Below are positions 1 through 17,646 of a stretch of 64,000 nt of DNA, piece by piece. The position numbers and the translations under genes were made by a program. The notes below the pieces were generated by a model, which was given only the letters and a program-made list of their open reading frames with translations, was not told where the DNA came from and ran no database searches. This DNA comes from the human T2T-CHM13v2.0 reference genome, Homo sapiens, in assembly GCF_009914755.1 (NCBI RefSeq), contig NC_060930.1. One strand, given 5' to 3'. Each line of letters starts with the position of its first letter. The stretch's first letter is position 1.

Positions 1-155
1 GAATTGATATTTTGAAATTGCCTTCAAAACCACAAAAACTGCACACCTCTCACTATAACTCAGGTACATTTATTTACTTTAATAATTTTGTTGCCCTATT
101 CGTACAGGGCCTCGATATTTTCTGTATAATTTTTTAGGAATTTTTATTTTTGCCA

Positions 156-474
<319 letters not shown>

Positions 475-1342
475 TTTTTGCCAGTATTTTAAATGAAGTT
501 TTAAAATGATCTCTAATTGTTGTTGCTGCCTTATAATAGAATGCTTAGAATTCTATTTTATGGCACTAAAATAGAATGGAATGTACTATGGAAAATGTTC
601 TTTTCTTGTTTTCCAGAATTAGCTAGTACAACACAAAATTGAATTTAAAGACATAGACAGTACTTGACATTCTGAAGAGCGTTCATTCATGGGGGGACAC
701 CCTCTTTAGGACATATGAAATGTACCTTAACTGGCTCTAACCATCAGCATCCTTGTGGATTTCAGTTAAATAATAGCCAAAATAATATTTTCTCTAATTT
801 TGATCCTATCAAATTTATTATTTTCACCATTACTAATTGATTTTGGCTAGGAGAATGCATTTTGTTATATTTAATTTTTTAATTTCCTGTTCACTAGAGA
901 TGGAAATTAGGAATAGCTACCAAGTTTTATTGTGTGATTTGTCATCATCCAGAAGTAAATGGTTTTATATATACTTTAATTTGTTTATTTAAAAATTTAT
1001 GTTGATATATTTCCCTACTTGACCAAGTCTTACCCTGCTAGAATAAACATTACTTGATCATACTGCATATTTCAAAAGGTATGTAAATTTAATTTATTTA
1101 ATTATGTTTTCTTTAGATTTATTGTACCTAAGACCATTTTGATCAATATATAATTTTTAGATGTTTTGTGTAATATGTAATATAATTTGATTTTTACATA
1201 TGCTCAAAAAAGAATATTTTCTACATCAATAGATGAAAAAATAAAGGGTGTTAATTATAGCAATAATTTTTACATTAGAAATAAAGAGGTCTTGAGGTGC
1301 AATATTACATTAATCTAAAGAAGGAACTATGTATTTCAAACA

Positions 1343-1726
1343 TGTTATGGCTGACTTGCGTTCCCCATCCTAAATTTTTTCTAGCTTGAAGTACTAACTT
1401 TTAGTAGCTGAGAATATTATTGTATTTGGAGATAGAGTGTTTAAAGCAGTAATTAAGTTTAAATGAGGTCATCAGAGTGGGATCTAATCCAATACAACTA
1501 GTTTCCTAATAAAATGAAAGATTAGGACACACAAAAGGAAGACCTTATGAAGGAACAGGAAGAGGACAAAGATCTACACAAAAACCAAAATGAGAGTCCT
1601 CAGAGAAAAACCAACCTTGCTGACACTTTTTTCTTTGACTTCTACTGTCCAGAATTGTGAAAAAATAAATTTTGTTGTTGAAGCCCCTCAGTGGCTTTGT
1701 TGCAGCAACCCTGGTAAACTAATACA
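1343..1726 (+). mobile_element. MLT1B-like MaLR solo LTR
   Basis: Starts TGTTATGG and ends AACTAATACA; internal motifs gtatttggagatag, taattaagtttaaatgaggtcatc, aaccaaccttgctgacac, ccagaattgtga. Confidence 0.85.
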
Positions 1727-3231
1727 ATATAATATCTATTTATTTAATGATATGTAGATACAGCCATGTCTCCTGGAAATGTTTGGTTTATTTTTGAAGT
1801 AAATATTTTATATTAGAATAAAGATCAGGCTTACATAAAAATAAATGTATCACAGGAAACCCTAGCAAAGCTATAAGCAGTGTTCACTTTTGTAATAATG
1901 TGCCTACTTTAATGGTTTTGTTTTGGATTCTCTGAGTATTTTAGCCAAACAAAAACATGCTGAAAATCATACTCAACACATAATCTATAATAACATTATC
2001 TTAACTCTATGTCCTGAATGCTGAACCCCAACTTGCCGAGACTCAATTGGAAATAAACACAGTTCGGTAAACTAAAGAATTTCAATGTCCTCACCACATT
2101 TTGGTAGAAAAGTAAGGCAAAAGTATGTTCATCTTTTTTGAAGAATGCTTGTTATTTCTTTATCATGTTTTCCTTTGCTTTTTCATTGAAAATGTCACAA
2201 CCCATTTTTCTCTCACAAATTGGCCATACTTGTTAAGCTGAACCTGTACAGTTACCTCTATGTAACTATTCTTAATGTCCTCTACATACTGCCAAGACAA
2301 TGGCTTTTGATTTCTCAAGGTAGCAATTTAGACGAAGGGAATATATCACATGGGGCATACAAAACCACAAGTGAGAAGCCCTGTTTTTTAGAGTTAGCTT
2401 TTTTATAACCACTCTCTCAGGACTTGGTTCCTTTAAGAAAATCATTGAATCATCTCTTGAACCTGTTCTTATGATTTACTTCCTTTAGGAGACAAAAGAT
2501 AATCACAGTTTGGAAAATATGGATTATACTTTGAAAACTATAATAATTCAGGAAAGATGTCTGTAGCTAATATGAAAGATAACAACTGTAAGCTTATATT
2601 GTTGCTTACATTTTTTACAGAATGTAGGGCAAAGATCTTGTCTTTTATATCTTGTCTTCTTAACTGAATTTTACACAGTGGTTTGCACATTGTAATTGCC
2701 CAATAAATATTTACAGAATTAAATTGAAAATTTTATCACTTAAATGGCTCTTCTTGACACATTCTGGCCAGTGATGAGTTTAATTACCTAGAGTATAAAT
2801 GTTGTACATGGCATTTCCACCTTAAAATCAATTTGACTTATTTAGATATTCTTTCTAGAATTGTGTTAACATTGTAACTTTTTTATTAACAATTCATCAT
2901 ATGACATTTATGAAAGATTATGTTGATCATCTAAAGGAAACTCAATCAGAAATTACCCATTCTCTGAACCAAACTGGTTCAGAGAATGATTGGAGTTTAT
3001 TGTTTTAATCCTGTCAAGCCATATAGAACTTATTCTTAAACAATAAAAAAGCTTAAAATGTGTTTAGATCTTATGTTCAATTAAACTTCAAAAGCTACTG
3101 AAAATATAGCTTATGAGTTGGTTGTTCAGACATAAGTGGAAGATATTAAATAGGGATAATTTAGCAAGCTGTGCAATTTTATGCATGCATATTTATTTTG
3201 TTTTTTTATGGAACTGACTTCTAGAATTTGA

Positions 3232-3547
<316 letters not shown>

Positions 3548-4466
3548 TGATTTGGTATATACATTTAAGTTTAAATACACATTTATCAATCTAAAATAGA
3601 TAAGAAAGTGTTTATATATTTCTATTTTGAATTTCTGTACTAACTTTCACTAAGAAAAAGTGCTGTCCTGTCTTATTTGCTCTAATAAAATTAAATCATG
3701 AGATCTAAAAAATGACCTTAATTTTTATCTATTCGGTCAGTGATTCTCAACTGGTAGGAGGGGCTTATTCAAGATTATCTCATTAAAATAATGTAATGGG
3801 ACTTTTTTCCCCTTTAAATTGTACAAAGATAGTTAGTTATATCTTTTCTCCACTCCACCAGGCAAAAAATTAAACAGGTAAATTGTTGCAAACTGAATCT
3901 TGTCTCAAAAGCCTCTAGTACTTAAAACAGAGCATTTCTTTGGGGCTACTTGTTCTTTCTTGTATACTTCAACCTCTTTTTTCTCTCAACCAGCTCCCTC
4001 CACATAAGTATCTCACTTTTGGCAAAATATGACCCCAGTTTGAGTCTTCATTATGACCCAGCTGGTTACCCACAGCTCACTCCGGAGAGTAAGTCTTTCT
4101 GTGTTACTCAATTTAAATTATCCATAGGTAGAATTTGGTGGTCTTGTCTTCTTACATGTCATAGGTTATTAGAATATCTATGGATTATTTGCCTCATGGC
4201 TAGGTCTTTATCTAGAGAGAGGCTTATATGGCACAAGGACTGCCTTTTCAAGGGGCTCGGGACAGGGCACATGTCACAAAGTACATCTTTTGCAATTAAA
4301 GTATATTGTGTTTGATCAGCAAACATTTACAGAGTGCCTAACACATATAATAAGATCTACTTGGTAATAGGTAAACAAAAGGTGTAATATAAAGGTCTCC
4401 AGTGTAAGAATATAGCATAATTAGGAGGACTGAATGCATGTATAAAAACATGGATCCATACATGCC

Positions 4467-4546
4467 TATATATATATACATATATATAGGCACATACACG
4501 TGTGTATATATATATACACACATATATACATATATATACACACATA
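4467..4546. repeat. (TA)n/(CA)n compound microsatellite
   Basis: Mostly alternating purine-pyrimidine run, read directly. Confidence 0.9.
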
Positions 4547-4714
4547 ATGTGGTGCCTAAGGGATTACATATTTGTATTTGGAAGTAAAATAATATGTCAT
4601 TATGGACAATTTGTGTTCAGGGAAGACATACTTGAAGTAATACGACAACTTACACTTTATTAATCAAAAGTAATTTTTGAATCATTTTTCCTCAAATATG
4701 TCTTTCCTGTCTAC

Positions 4715-4816
4715 TAAATCATTCTATTATAAAGACAAAATACACATGTGTGTTCACTGGAGCACACAATATTGCTATTCACAATAGCAAAGACATGGAA
4801 TCAACCTAAATGCCCA
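4715..4816 (+). mobile_element. L1 3' region fragment (older L1PA/L1PB type)
   Basis: cattctattataaagac...ctattcacaatagcaaagacatggaatcaacctaaatgccca matches the L1 ORF2 end. Confidence 0.8.
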
Positions 4817-5056
4817 TTTTTTTGGCTGAATACTATTTCACTTTTTCTATAGTAACTTCTATACATTTCTAGCATGTCTCTTTGAGTTTTATTAGTTTAT
4901 ATTAATTAATTTATTAAGAGAATGCTCCTAGGGACATTACCTGATCTTCACACACCAGAACTAATTATCTAAAATAAACCAGTGATTTCCAAAGGATTTT
5001 TATTTTATGCTACCAAGAGGAATTCCAGAAAAGTGCAGAAGACTTTACAGAAAAAG

Positions 5057-5460
5057 TGAAATACTCTGCAGCCATAAAAAAGAACGATATCATGTCCTTT
5101 GCAGTGACATGGATAGAACGAGAGACCATTATCCTTAGCAAACTAACAAGAAAAGAAAACCAAATGCCACATGTTCTCAAAGAAAACCAAATGCCACATG
5201 TTCTCACATGTAAGTGGGAGCTAAATAATGAGAACACATAGAGGGGAACGACATGCACTGGGGCATATCAGAGGGTGGAGGGTGAGAGGAGAGAGAGGAG
5301 CAGGAAAAATAACTAATGGGTATGAGGCTTAATACCTAGGTGATGAAATAATCTGTACAACAAACCCCCATGACACTAGTTTACCTATGTAACAAACCTG
5401 CACTTGTATCCCTGAACTTAAAAGCATTAAAACAACAACGACAGCAACAACAACAACAAA
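5057..5460 (+). mobile_element. L1PA13-16-like 3' end with (CAA)n-degenerate A tail
   Basis: gcagccataaaaaagaac, gggagctaaataatgagaacac, ggtgatgaaataatctgtacaacaaacccccatgacac, aacaaacctgcac; ORF 5056 (KYSAAIKKNDIMSF) is an L1 remnant. Confidence 0.9.
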
Positions 5461-6224
5461 GTGGTTTAACTATTTGATTCAGAGTGGTTGATGGAGCAAA
5501 GACTTTGACCAGTCTCTCAAATGAATCATTTTCCTATAGGACTCCCATTTCTCTATCTCATATAACATTCTCATGAATTGTTTACTTAAACTGTAATTTA
5601 ATTTTGTACTTATGGGTTTTTAAATTTTCTATCAGTATCTTTTACTTCTTAATAAGGAATATACACTGCGCTTCTTGTTAGTTCTCATAACAACCAGCAA
5701 GAGCACTATGAACCCCAAGTTTGCATGCAGTGAAAATTTAAGTATTTTCTGACTTGCTCAACTTACCATGGATACAAAAAATGCCTTTAAAATATATAAA
5801 GCTTGAAAAAATGTATTCTATCTTTACATTTTCAAAATATACTTACCTATAACAATTTACATAACACACTAACATAAAAGTTTAATTACTTATAATAAAT
5901 CTAACATCACATAAGGAATATATCTACCAGTTTGTTGTGTCAATGTATGTGTCCAATTTCCAATCAACCAACCAAAATTTGCTGCATAAGCTTTCCACAA
6001 AGAATATTTCCTCAAGTTGTAAATGCAAAGCATTTTTAAGAAATATGAGATGTACCTAATTTTGTGATATTTAATAAGTCACATTTGAAAAATGAGAAGT
6101 AACAACATGCATATTTTCCAGCTTGAGAGGAGCCTTTTTTGTGTTACCAATTTTATGAACTATGTTTGATTAATAAAGTCATTTTTTGTTTCTCTATTAC
6201 AGTTTTTTTTTTTTTTTTTTGGCC

Positions 6225-6382
6225 CAAATAACAGAATTTTATTATCTCACAGTGCTGGAGGCTAGAAGTTCAAAATTAATATGTCAATAGGGTTGGTTTC
6301 TTCTGAAGGCTGTGAAGGAAAGAACTGTTCCAGGCCTCTCTCCCTGGTTTGTATGTGTCCATCTTCTCCTTGTGTCTCTTCG
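6225..6382 (-). mobile_element. MLT1 (MLT1C-like) LTR fragment
   Basis: aacagaattttattatctcacagtgctggaggctagaagttc...gggttggtttcttctgaaggctgtga matches the antisense MLT1 3' half. Confidence 0.75.
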
Positions 6383-8342
6383 GATATGAAAGGACATAAT
6401 GCATATAAAGATGTTTTTGTTATTCTTTCAATGTTGCCAATTTAATGATATCATTGTTTATTTAGCTTTGAAAAGCACTTTTTCCTTAAATAAATATTGA
6501 AATATGAAATGCTGATGTCACTATATAGCAAAAAATGAGGAACAGCAGATCTGGGAAGCAGTCCAAAGTGCTTCAAAGTGACTTGTGTGCCAAGCTAAGG
6601 CTTTTTACCTAAAGCCATCAGTTTCTGAGGAAGAAAAAAAATTATCTTTAAAGATAATTCAGGTATATTATGAAATGATTAAGCTCTTATGCATATAATT
6701 TTATATGCCACTGCAGTTTTACCATAACCAAAAAAATAATCCCAAAACTCTCTGAATGGGCAGGGATTCAGGGCCTCCTTTGGATAATTTGCAAATTCTC
6801 ACAGAGCATATCCCCTGCCCTGAGCTCGTTTTCTTGTGGCTAGGATCACATCAACCACATAAAGCAGTGAAAAAAAATCAAAGTAAAAAGCTTTAAAAAC
6901 AGAGAGGCTTGTTTGTTAGTCAGTGTGGGGGAATCAATTGGCAAACATTAAACAATGAAATTATGGAGTGGAAGTTAATCATTCTTAAATTAAGACCGGT
7001 ACATACTAAAGTCCAGCTGGCAGCAATCACTGACAATACCTATTTAATCTGATTATGCTTTTAAGAAAATTACTCACAAATGGTAGATTTCAAACTGCAA
7101 GATAGAAATCACAGAACAAATAAGGTTAATTGTATCTATCTCTGAATGTACATGCATGCAATAAATCTAATTATGTTCACAATATTGAGTAGCTTTTAGC
7201 TCGTGTCCACTTCTTTTGTCCGATTTACACTGATTTTATTTTGGTAGAGATATTTTTAGTCACTTGACAAATCAAACATCTACTTTATCAATTCCCTTAG
7301 CAAATTTCCCTTTTAAGAGTTTGCTGTCCCTTAGGATCTTCAGAACTGTCAATAACTATACAATCTTTGTGAGTTTTCTGTGATATTATCTCCCTACCTG
7401 CAAGCTCCTTAAGCCTATTACTTCTCTAAGGAAATTGAAATGCTCAGTGATTCTTGACTTGCAGGTAGGATTAGGAATATCTTTCAGTATTGGCACCAAA
7501 TTTTATAATTGTGCATTGGCAACAGAAAACCAATAAAAGTTGAATCATGCTTTAAAGATTTGCTAAGTGAAGTGAGCACTTATAAAAAATGGTGTGAAAA
7601 ATATATTTCCTAACCTTGCCACTAAAATGAAGTGCCCGTGGATAAATATTGTTTTGGCAAATATCATGCCTCAAGGCATTGCTGGAGAATAAAGAATTGT
7701 ATTTACACAGAACAGGCCTCCCCAGAGTGGTGTAATCAATATCACTGAACAGTTTCGGCTTGCAGGACAGTGGCTAATTCCCAGAAAACATCAACCACAA
7801 GTGGATGGCACCCAGATTCTGTGGTCAAAGGAAATCAGTAGTATTTCACATAGAGAAACTGAATAAAAAGACTCTGAATCACGATCAAGATTACAATAAT
7901 ACAAAACTGTGCCCTGGAATATACCAGTAAGGCTATCATCAGAGCAGTAAGCTAAGTTAGAAGCTAGAAAGAATGAGAATTGGACAGTGTTGTGTAATTA
8001 ACAGGTAAAGTGGAGCTCTTCAGAATGAACATTATGATTTGTAGAGAAGGTAGAGTTGGCTAATGAATGGGTCTAGAATGGCATCCTCAGCTTAAAACAA
8101 ACATGGAGAATATCCAGTCAAAGAGCTAAAAACTGGAAGATCCATAAATAGTTGAAATTTTTAAATACATTTCAGGCTGTTCAACTACTTGTGAAATCAC
8201 ATTGGTGAAGAAATGAAAGCAGAGAAAAATTTACCAGAGATAAGTAAGGTTCTTCATAAGGAGTGCCAAAAGTGTACTAAATGAGGGATCATTGACTAGT
8301 AAGAAAGATAGGACATGGGCATTTATAATTATCCAAGTCATT

Positions 8343-8766
<424 letters not shown>

Positions 8767-9419
8767 TTAGAGAAAAGTTATTTTGACAGTGCAGGGAGAT
8801 CCAGAGTTTCCACTTATTCTCTGATGAAGCCACATGTCAGTAACCCTGGTCCTCTGGTCCATATTTTACCGTAGGCATTGCCCAGTAGTGGTATAAGGCT
8901 GTAGAGAAAACAAAAACAAAAACAAAAACCTCCTACAGCTATCTAAATAAACCAGAGGTTTTTATTTGCAAATATGAAGAAACATTAAAAAATTACTAAA
9001 CATTTTTAGAAATACAAAAAAAAAAAAGGAGGATCAAGATGAATCAATAGAACAGCTGGATTTGATATCCATAAAGCAAGATCGGGATGCTATAAGAAAG
9101 AAGCAATTTAGAAACTATCTTCATGGAAGAAAGCATGGAAATTAATACAATTAGTATTAAGATGAATAATCCATTAATGAGCTAAATAATAGAATATGAT
9201 AAAGATGAAAAAAGAATTTAAGTTCTGTTAAAATGATGTCTGGAATATAATGTTCAGAAAATTTAACAATACATAAATTGTTGGAGGAGGTATATAAGAG
9301 GTGAAACATTGTAAACTAACAGTTTTGGAGATTTGAAGAATAGCTAACAATTATTTCATCCCCCTACTCTTGTTATTTGTGTACAAATATGTATTTGTGC
9401 ATCTGATAAGGATATAACA

Positions 9420-9900
9420 TATATAGTTATATTCAATAGCTGTATGATATCTACCAGCTACATCATAATGTATTCAATCTTTCCAATTTAACGGGCATTC
9501 GAGTTGTTTCTAGTTTCTCTTCTTATTTTTTCTTTTACAAATTAACATCTCATGAATGTCTGCATGCAGGTATTCATTCAGCTTGTGCTTGTACTGTTTC
9601 AAGCTAGGCTTCCAAAAGTTTGAAGTAGGAGTAAATGACATAGCATTTATATATAATTTAAATAAATATTGCCAGATTACCCTTTGAAAATGTTTTATTA
9701 CCTGCTATGTCAATAGAGCTGGATGTCATCAATACTTCTGTTTTTAATTGTTGAAGACTTAAAAGGAAGGAAAATTAATCGCCATTGCATTTTATACACA
9801 ATCAAAGGCATTTTGTTTGATTTCCCTTTCTAAAATAGTGTGGAAATACGTTTTTTCCTTATTTACTGACCATATACCTTTCTTTTGCCTACTCTATAAA
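9420..9900 (-). mobile_element. Degraded ancient L1 (L1ME-like) 3' fragment
   Basis: gggcattcgagttgtttctagttt and aaatattgccagattacc resemble antisense L1ME; boundaries approximate. Confidence 0.5.
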
Positions 9901-10739
9901 CTTTGCTCACTTTTTCTTTATATTTTTCTTTTTCTTTATCATTTTGTAGTGATAATTGTTTGTAATGAAAACTTGTATTATGTGTGAGCAAATGTGTGTT
10001 TCAAGTCTTTTACAGAAGAAGGCAAATAGATATATCTTGTCTTTCGAGTATTTTTTAACATTTTATGGTATATTTTTATCAGTAGCACTTTCTCTAAGAA
10101 GTATGTTTGGAATCTCATTCATATAAAAATTTCAAACAAATTTTAATTTGAGCAGTTTTTTCCTTATACAGATCGTCTAATAAATTCAGAGAAAATCTTA
10201 TTTGGTGGTTTGGTCATATATTTAGTGATAGCTCTAAAGGGAAGTATACACATTTATCTCTCATTCAACAAATTCTCAAAAACCTCAAGTGTTTATATAT
10301 CTTGAATTCTCAAAGGGAAAGAAACAAAACGTTTAATCCAAAATTCAAATGCCTATATAAATAAGTTCCTGTAAGAAGAAAAAGACACTTATGCATCAAA
10401 ATTAGGCATGCATTCTTGTTTTTCTAGTCTATATTTCTAGGAGTGAAGATAGCAGGAGATAAAGCTCTATTATCAGCACACTTTTTTTTATGTGTGAGAG
10501 AGTTGAAATATTAAACTGAATATTTTTAGTCTTTTTAGGAGTCTCATCATCCTTTTGTTTCTATTTAAACGTGACTTATTTTGCCACCAGATAAATGTTT
10601 TAAGTATTGCAGAATGTTTAAGAACATATTCTGGCAAACCACTTTAAATTACAAAGCTAGCCAAGGCAAACTTGAATGCTTGACAGGTTTTAAAATAATA
10701 AATCGTTTTTAAAAATATATTTTGACACCTGGTTTAGAG

Positions 10740-10923
10740 CATTGGTTTTCAGAATAGAGTCCACAGATCAACAATAGTAACAACACCTGGGAACTCTGCA
10801 AAAATGCAAATTCTCAAAAACATACTAGGTGTACTGAATAAAAAACTTGAGGTGAGCCATCAATCAGTAATTTATTAAATCTTCCAGGTGATTCTCACAT
10901 ACTTTAATTTTTAAGAACCACTG
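10740..10923 (+). mobile_element. MER5A hAT-Charlie MITE
   Basis: cattggttttc...cacctgggaactctgcaaaaatgcaaattctc...ccaggtgattctc...agaaccactg; ~185 bp with imperfect TIRs. Confidence 0.85.
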
Positions 10924-11009
10924 CTCTGTACTTCTTAGGGGTCCTCTGGTGGCACTCAGATATTTTGTATAGGAATGTATGTATAATGCATATTTACTGT
11001 AAGTAGCAT

Positions 11010-11377
11010 AGTATTTGGCTTGGCCTGCTACACGATGGGGGGTGTTAACAAGAGAAATATACTTCTCACTGTTCTAGACATTGGGAAGTCTGAGATTATG
11101 ATGTGAGCATTGTCAAGCTCTGGAAAGGGTCCACTTGCTGGCTTACAGACTGTTGCCTTCTTGCTCTATCTCACATCGTGGAGAGAGTGAAAGCTAGCTC
11201 TCCCGTCTCATCTTATAAGGCACTTATTCCATCAAGAGCCCCCTCATCATCACCTAATCCTAATTACCTCATCTAAACCTCATAAGCCCAAAAGTCCTAT
11301 CTCTAAATATCATCACATTGGAGGTTAGGGCTTCAACCTATTAATTTTAGGGGAAAACAAACATTCAACCCATAACA
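11010..11377 (-). mobile_element. MLT1A-like MaLR solo LTR
   Basis: ttctcactgttctag...gggaagtctgagat, tcttataaggcac, taattacctc, atcacattggaggttagggcttcaac; ends aacattcaacccataaca. Confidence 0.8.
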
Positions 11378-12519
11378 TACTTAATTTACACGACCAGGTA
11401 TAATTTTATTATAATATCTGGTGCAGCATAAGTGATGAGTTAAAAAAACAATTGAAAGAAGGACTAATAAAGCATTAATATTGGAAAAAAACAGTGTGAG
11501 TGAAAAATAAATAACAGATTTTTATATATTTAAAAATTATTAATGAATATTCCAAGTGTGTATTTTCTAATATTTAAGGATATTAAATCAGTAACATTTT
11601 CATTTATTTCTAATGTTTATGCAAGTGACAGTCGGCTCTGATTCTACTTCTCCCTATTCCACATATCATGTCCCAGCTTTCCATGTGTGGTCTTTTGCAT
11701 GTTTGTAAAAATTAGGAAATTGCCCAAGTTTTTAACCTGTATGCTTCAATTTTTTGAAAAATACAAATATAAATGTAATAACTTCCTTACGGAGTTGTTG
11801 TAAAGTTTAGAGGAAGTCATATAATTCATTAGGATTCATGGAAGAGCCACACTTTATGCTAAGCAGGACAGGATGTAGTGGAGAGGTACAATTGAACAAG
11901 CAAATACAAGACCCCAATTATTATATCAATACTTTTTCATAAACATTTCTCAAAATGGCTTTCAAAGCCCTATTGGAAGCAATTATTTAATCTAACTATA
12001 TAATATTAAATATGTTATATATTAAGTATGTTTCAGAGAAACAAAAAGTGCTATGAAGCTATAAACCATCACATAATAAGAAATAACTAGAAATATTCAG
12101 TAAGAAAATTATAAATTATGAAAAAACATTATAGCAGATTTTATGTTATCCAAAACATGTAAAAGCATAATTCATAAAATATACAGTTATTTTTGCATCA
12201 TTCAAATATATTTTAATGTATTTTTAAATCAAATGTGTCTTTATTACTGGGCCATGAGAATAGTATCTGGCATATGATGGACATTAATTCTTGAATTCAG
12301 GAATAAACCAGACTTAAACATGCCATTATTGACTGATCCTATGAACTTGTGTGTATTAAAGGCATTTCAAACTTTACATACCCAAGATAGAATTATGTAT
12401 TTCTGACACCCTCATATGTGTTTCTGCATGAATATGTCACATTTTAATAAATGGCACAACTAACTAGTTACTAAAGGCAAAACCCCAGAGGTCATGCTTA
12501 TGATGGAGAAACTTTTACC

Positions 12520-16820
<4,301 letters not shown>

Positions 16821-16959
16821 TATTTTGAAAATTCCAAGAAATTCCATTATAATTATATTCAAATCCAGTGTATGTCACTAGGACCATTAACTCATCATCC
16901 TTACCATCACCAAAGCTACCATCAACACAATAGCAAATATAATAACCTTGTTCTTTTCA

Positions 16960-17635
16960 TTCCCTCACAAATACCCCATCCTCCCATCAAATTACCAGAG
17001 TATGTACCTCTAATCACACAATGTATCCTGACTTGAACATTTTTACCATTTCCATTATTTCTACCATCAAAACAAACTACTATCATTTCTCTCCTCGAGT
17101 CCCGCAATAATTTTTATTTGTCTATGTGTTTCAACTCTTAAGCATCTAAAATTCATTTTCTACAGAGCAGTGAAAGTGATAATTACAAATTAATTATGCC
17201 ATCACTTTGCTGAAACTACCCCCATGGCTTCAAATCTCTCTTGAAAGTAAAATAAAATTTTATAATTCTTCATGGTTAGCCAACTGCCAGTCTTTCTTAT
17301 ATAATTCTCTGCTACTCTCCCATAACAGATATTTTCCCGTTCCTCTGGCCTTTCAATTATTTGCAAATGCTTCCTGACTCAAGCTCTTCACTCTTGCATT
17401 TTCCTCTGCCTGCAATTTTTTTTCTTCAGAGATCTTCACATAGCATGCTCCTTAGTTGCTACTCAGCTCAAATTTTACCACCTCAGTGGACCTTTATTTA
17501 CCTTATTGCCAATTATTCTGTCTTTCACAAAAGTATTTCTCTTACTTCTAGCTGAAATCATCTCATTTATAAATCTAGTGTTTGCACCTTCTATCAGTTA
17601 GGACACAATTTCATTTTGGGGTAACGGTGCCTGGA
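16960..17635 (+). mobile_element. L2 (L2a-like) fragment
   Basis: actactatcatttctctcctcgag, cattttctacagagcagtgaaagtgat, ttgcattttcctctgcctgcaat resemble the L2 3' region. Confidence 0.6.
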
Positions 17636-17646
17636 TATAATGTCTT

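Noticed and set aside
3950-4315. 121-aa ORF in unique DNA (also 34584, 43262, 43626)
   Set aside because: Mostly non-ATG starts, no recognisable domain, and lengths expected by chance.
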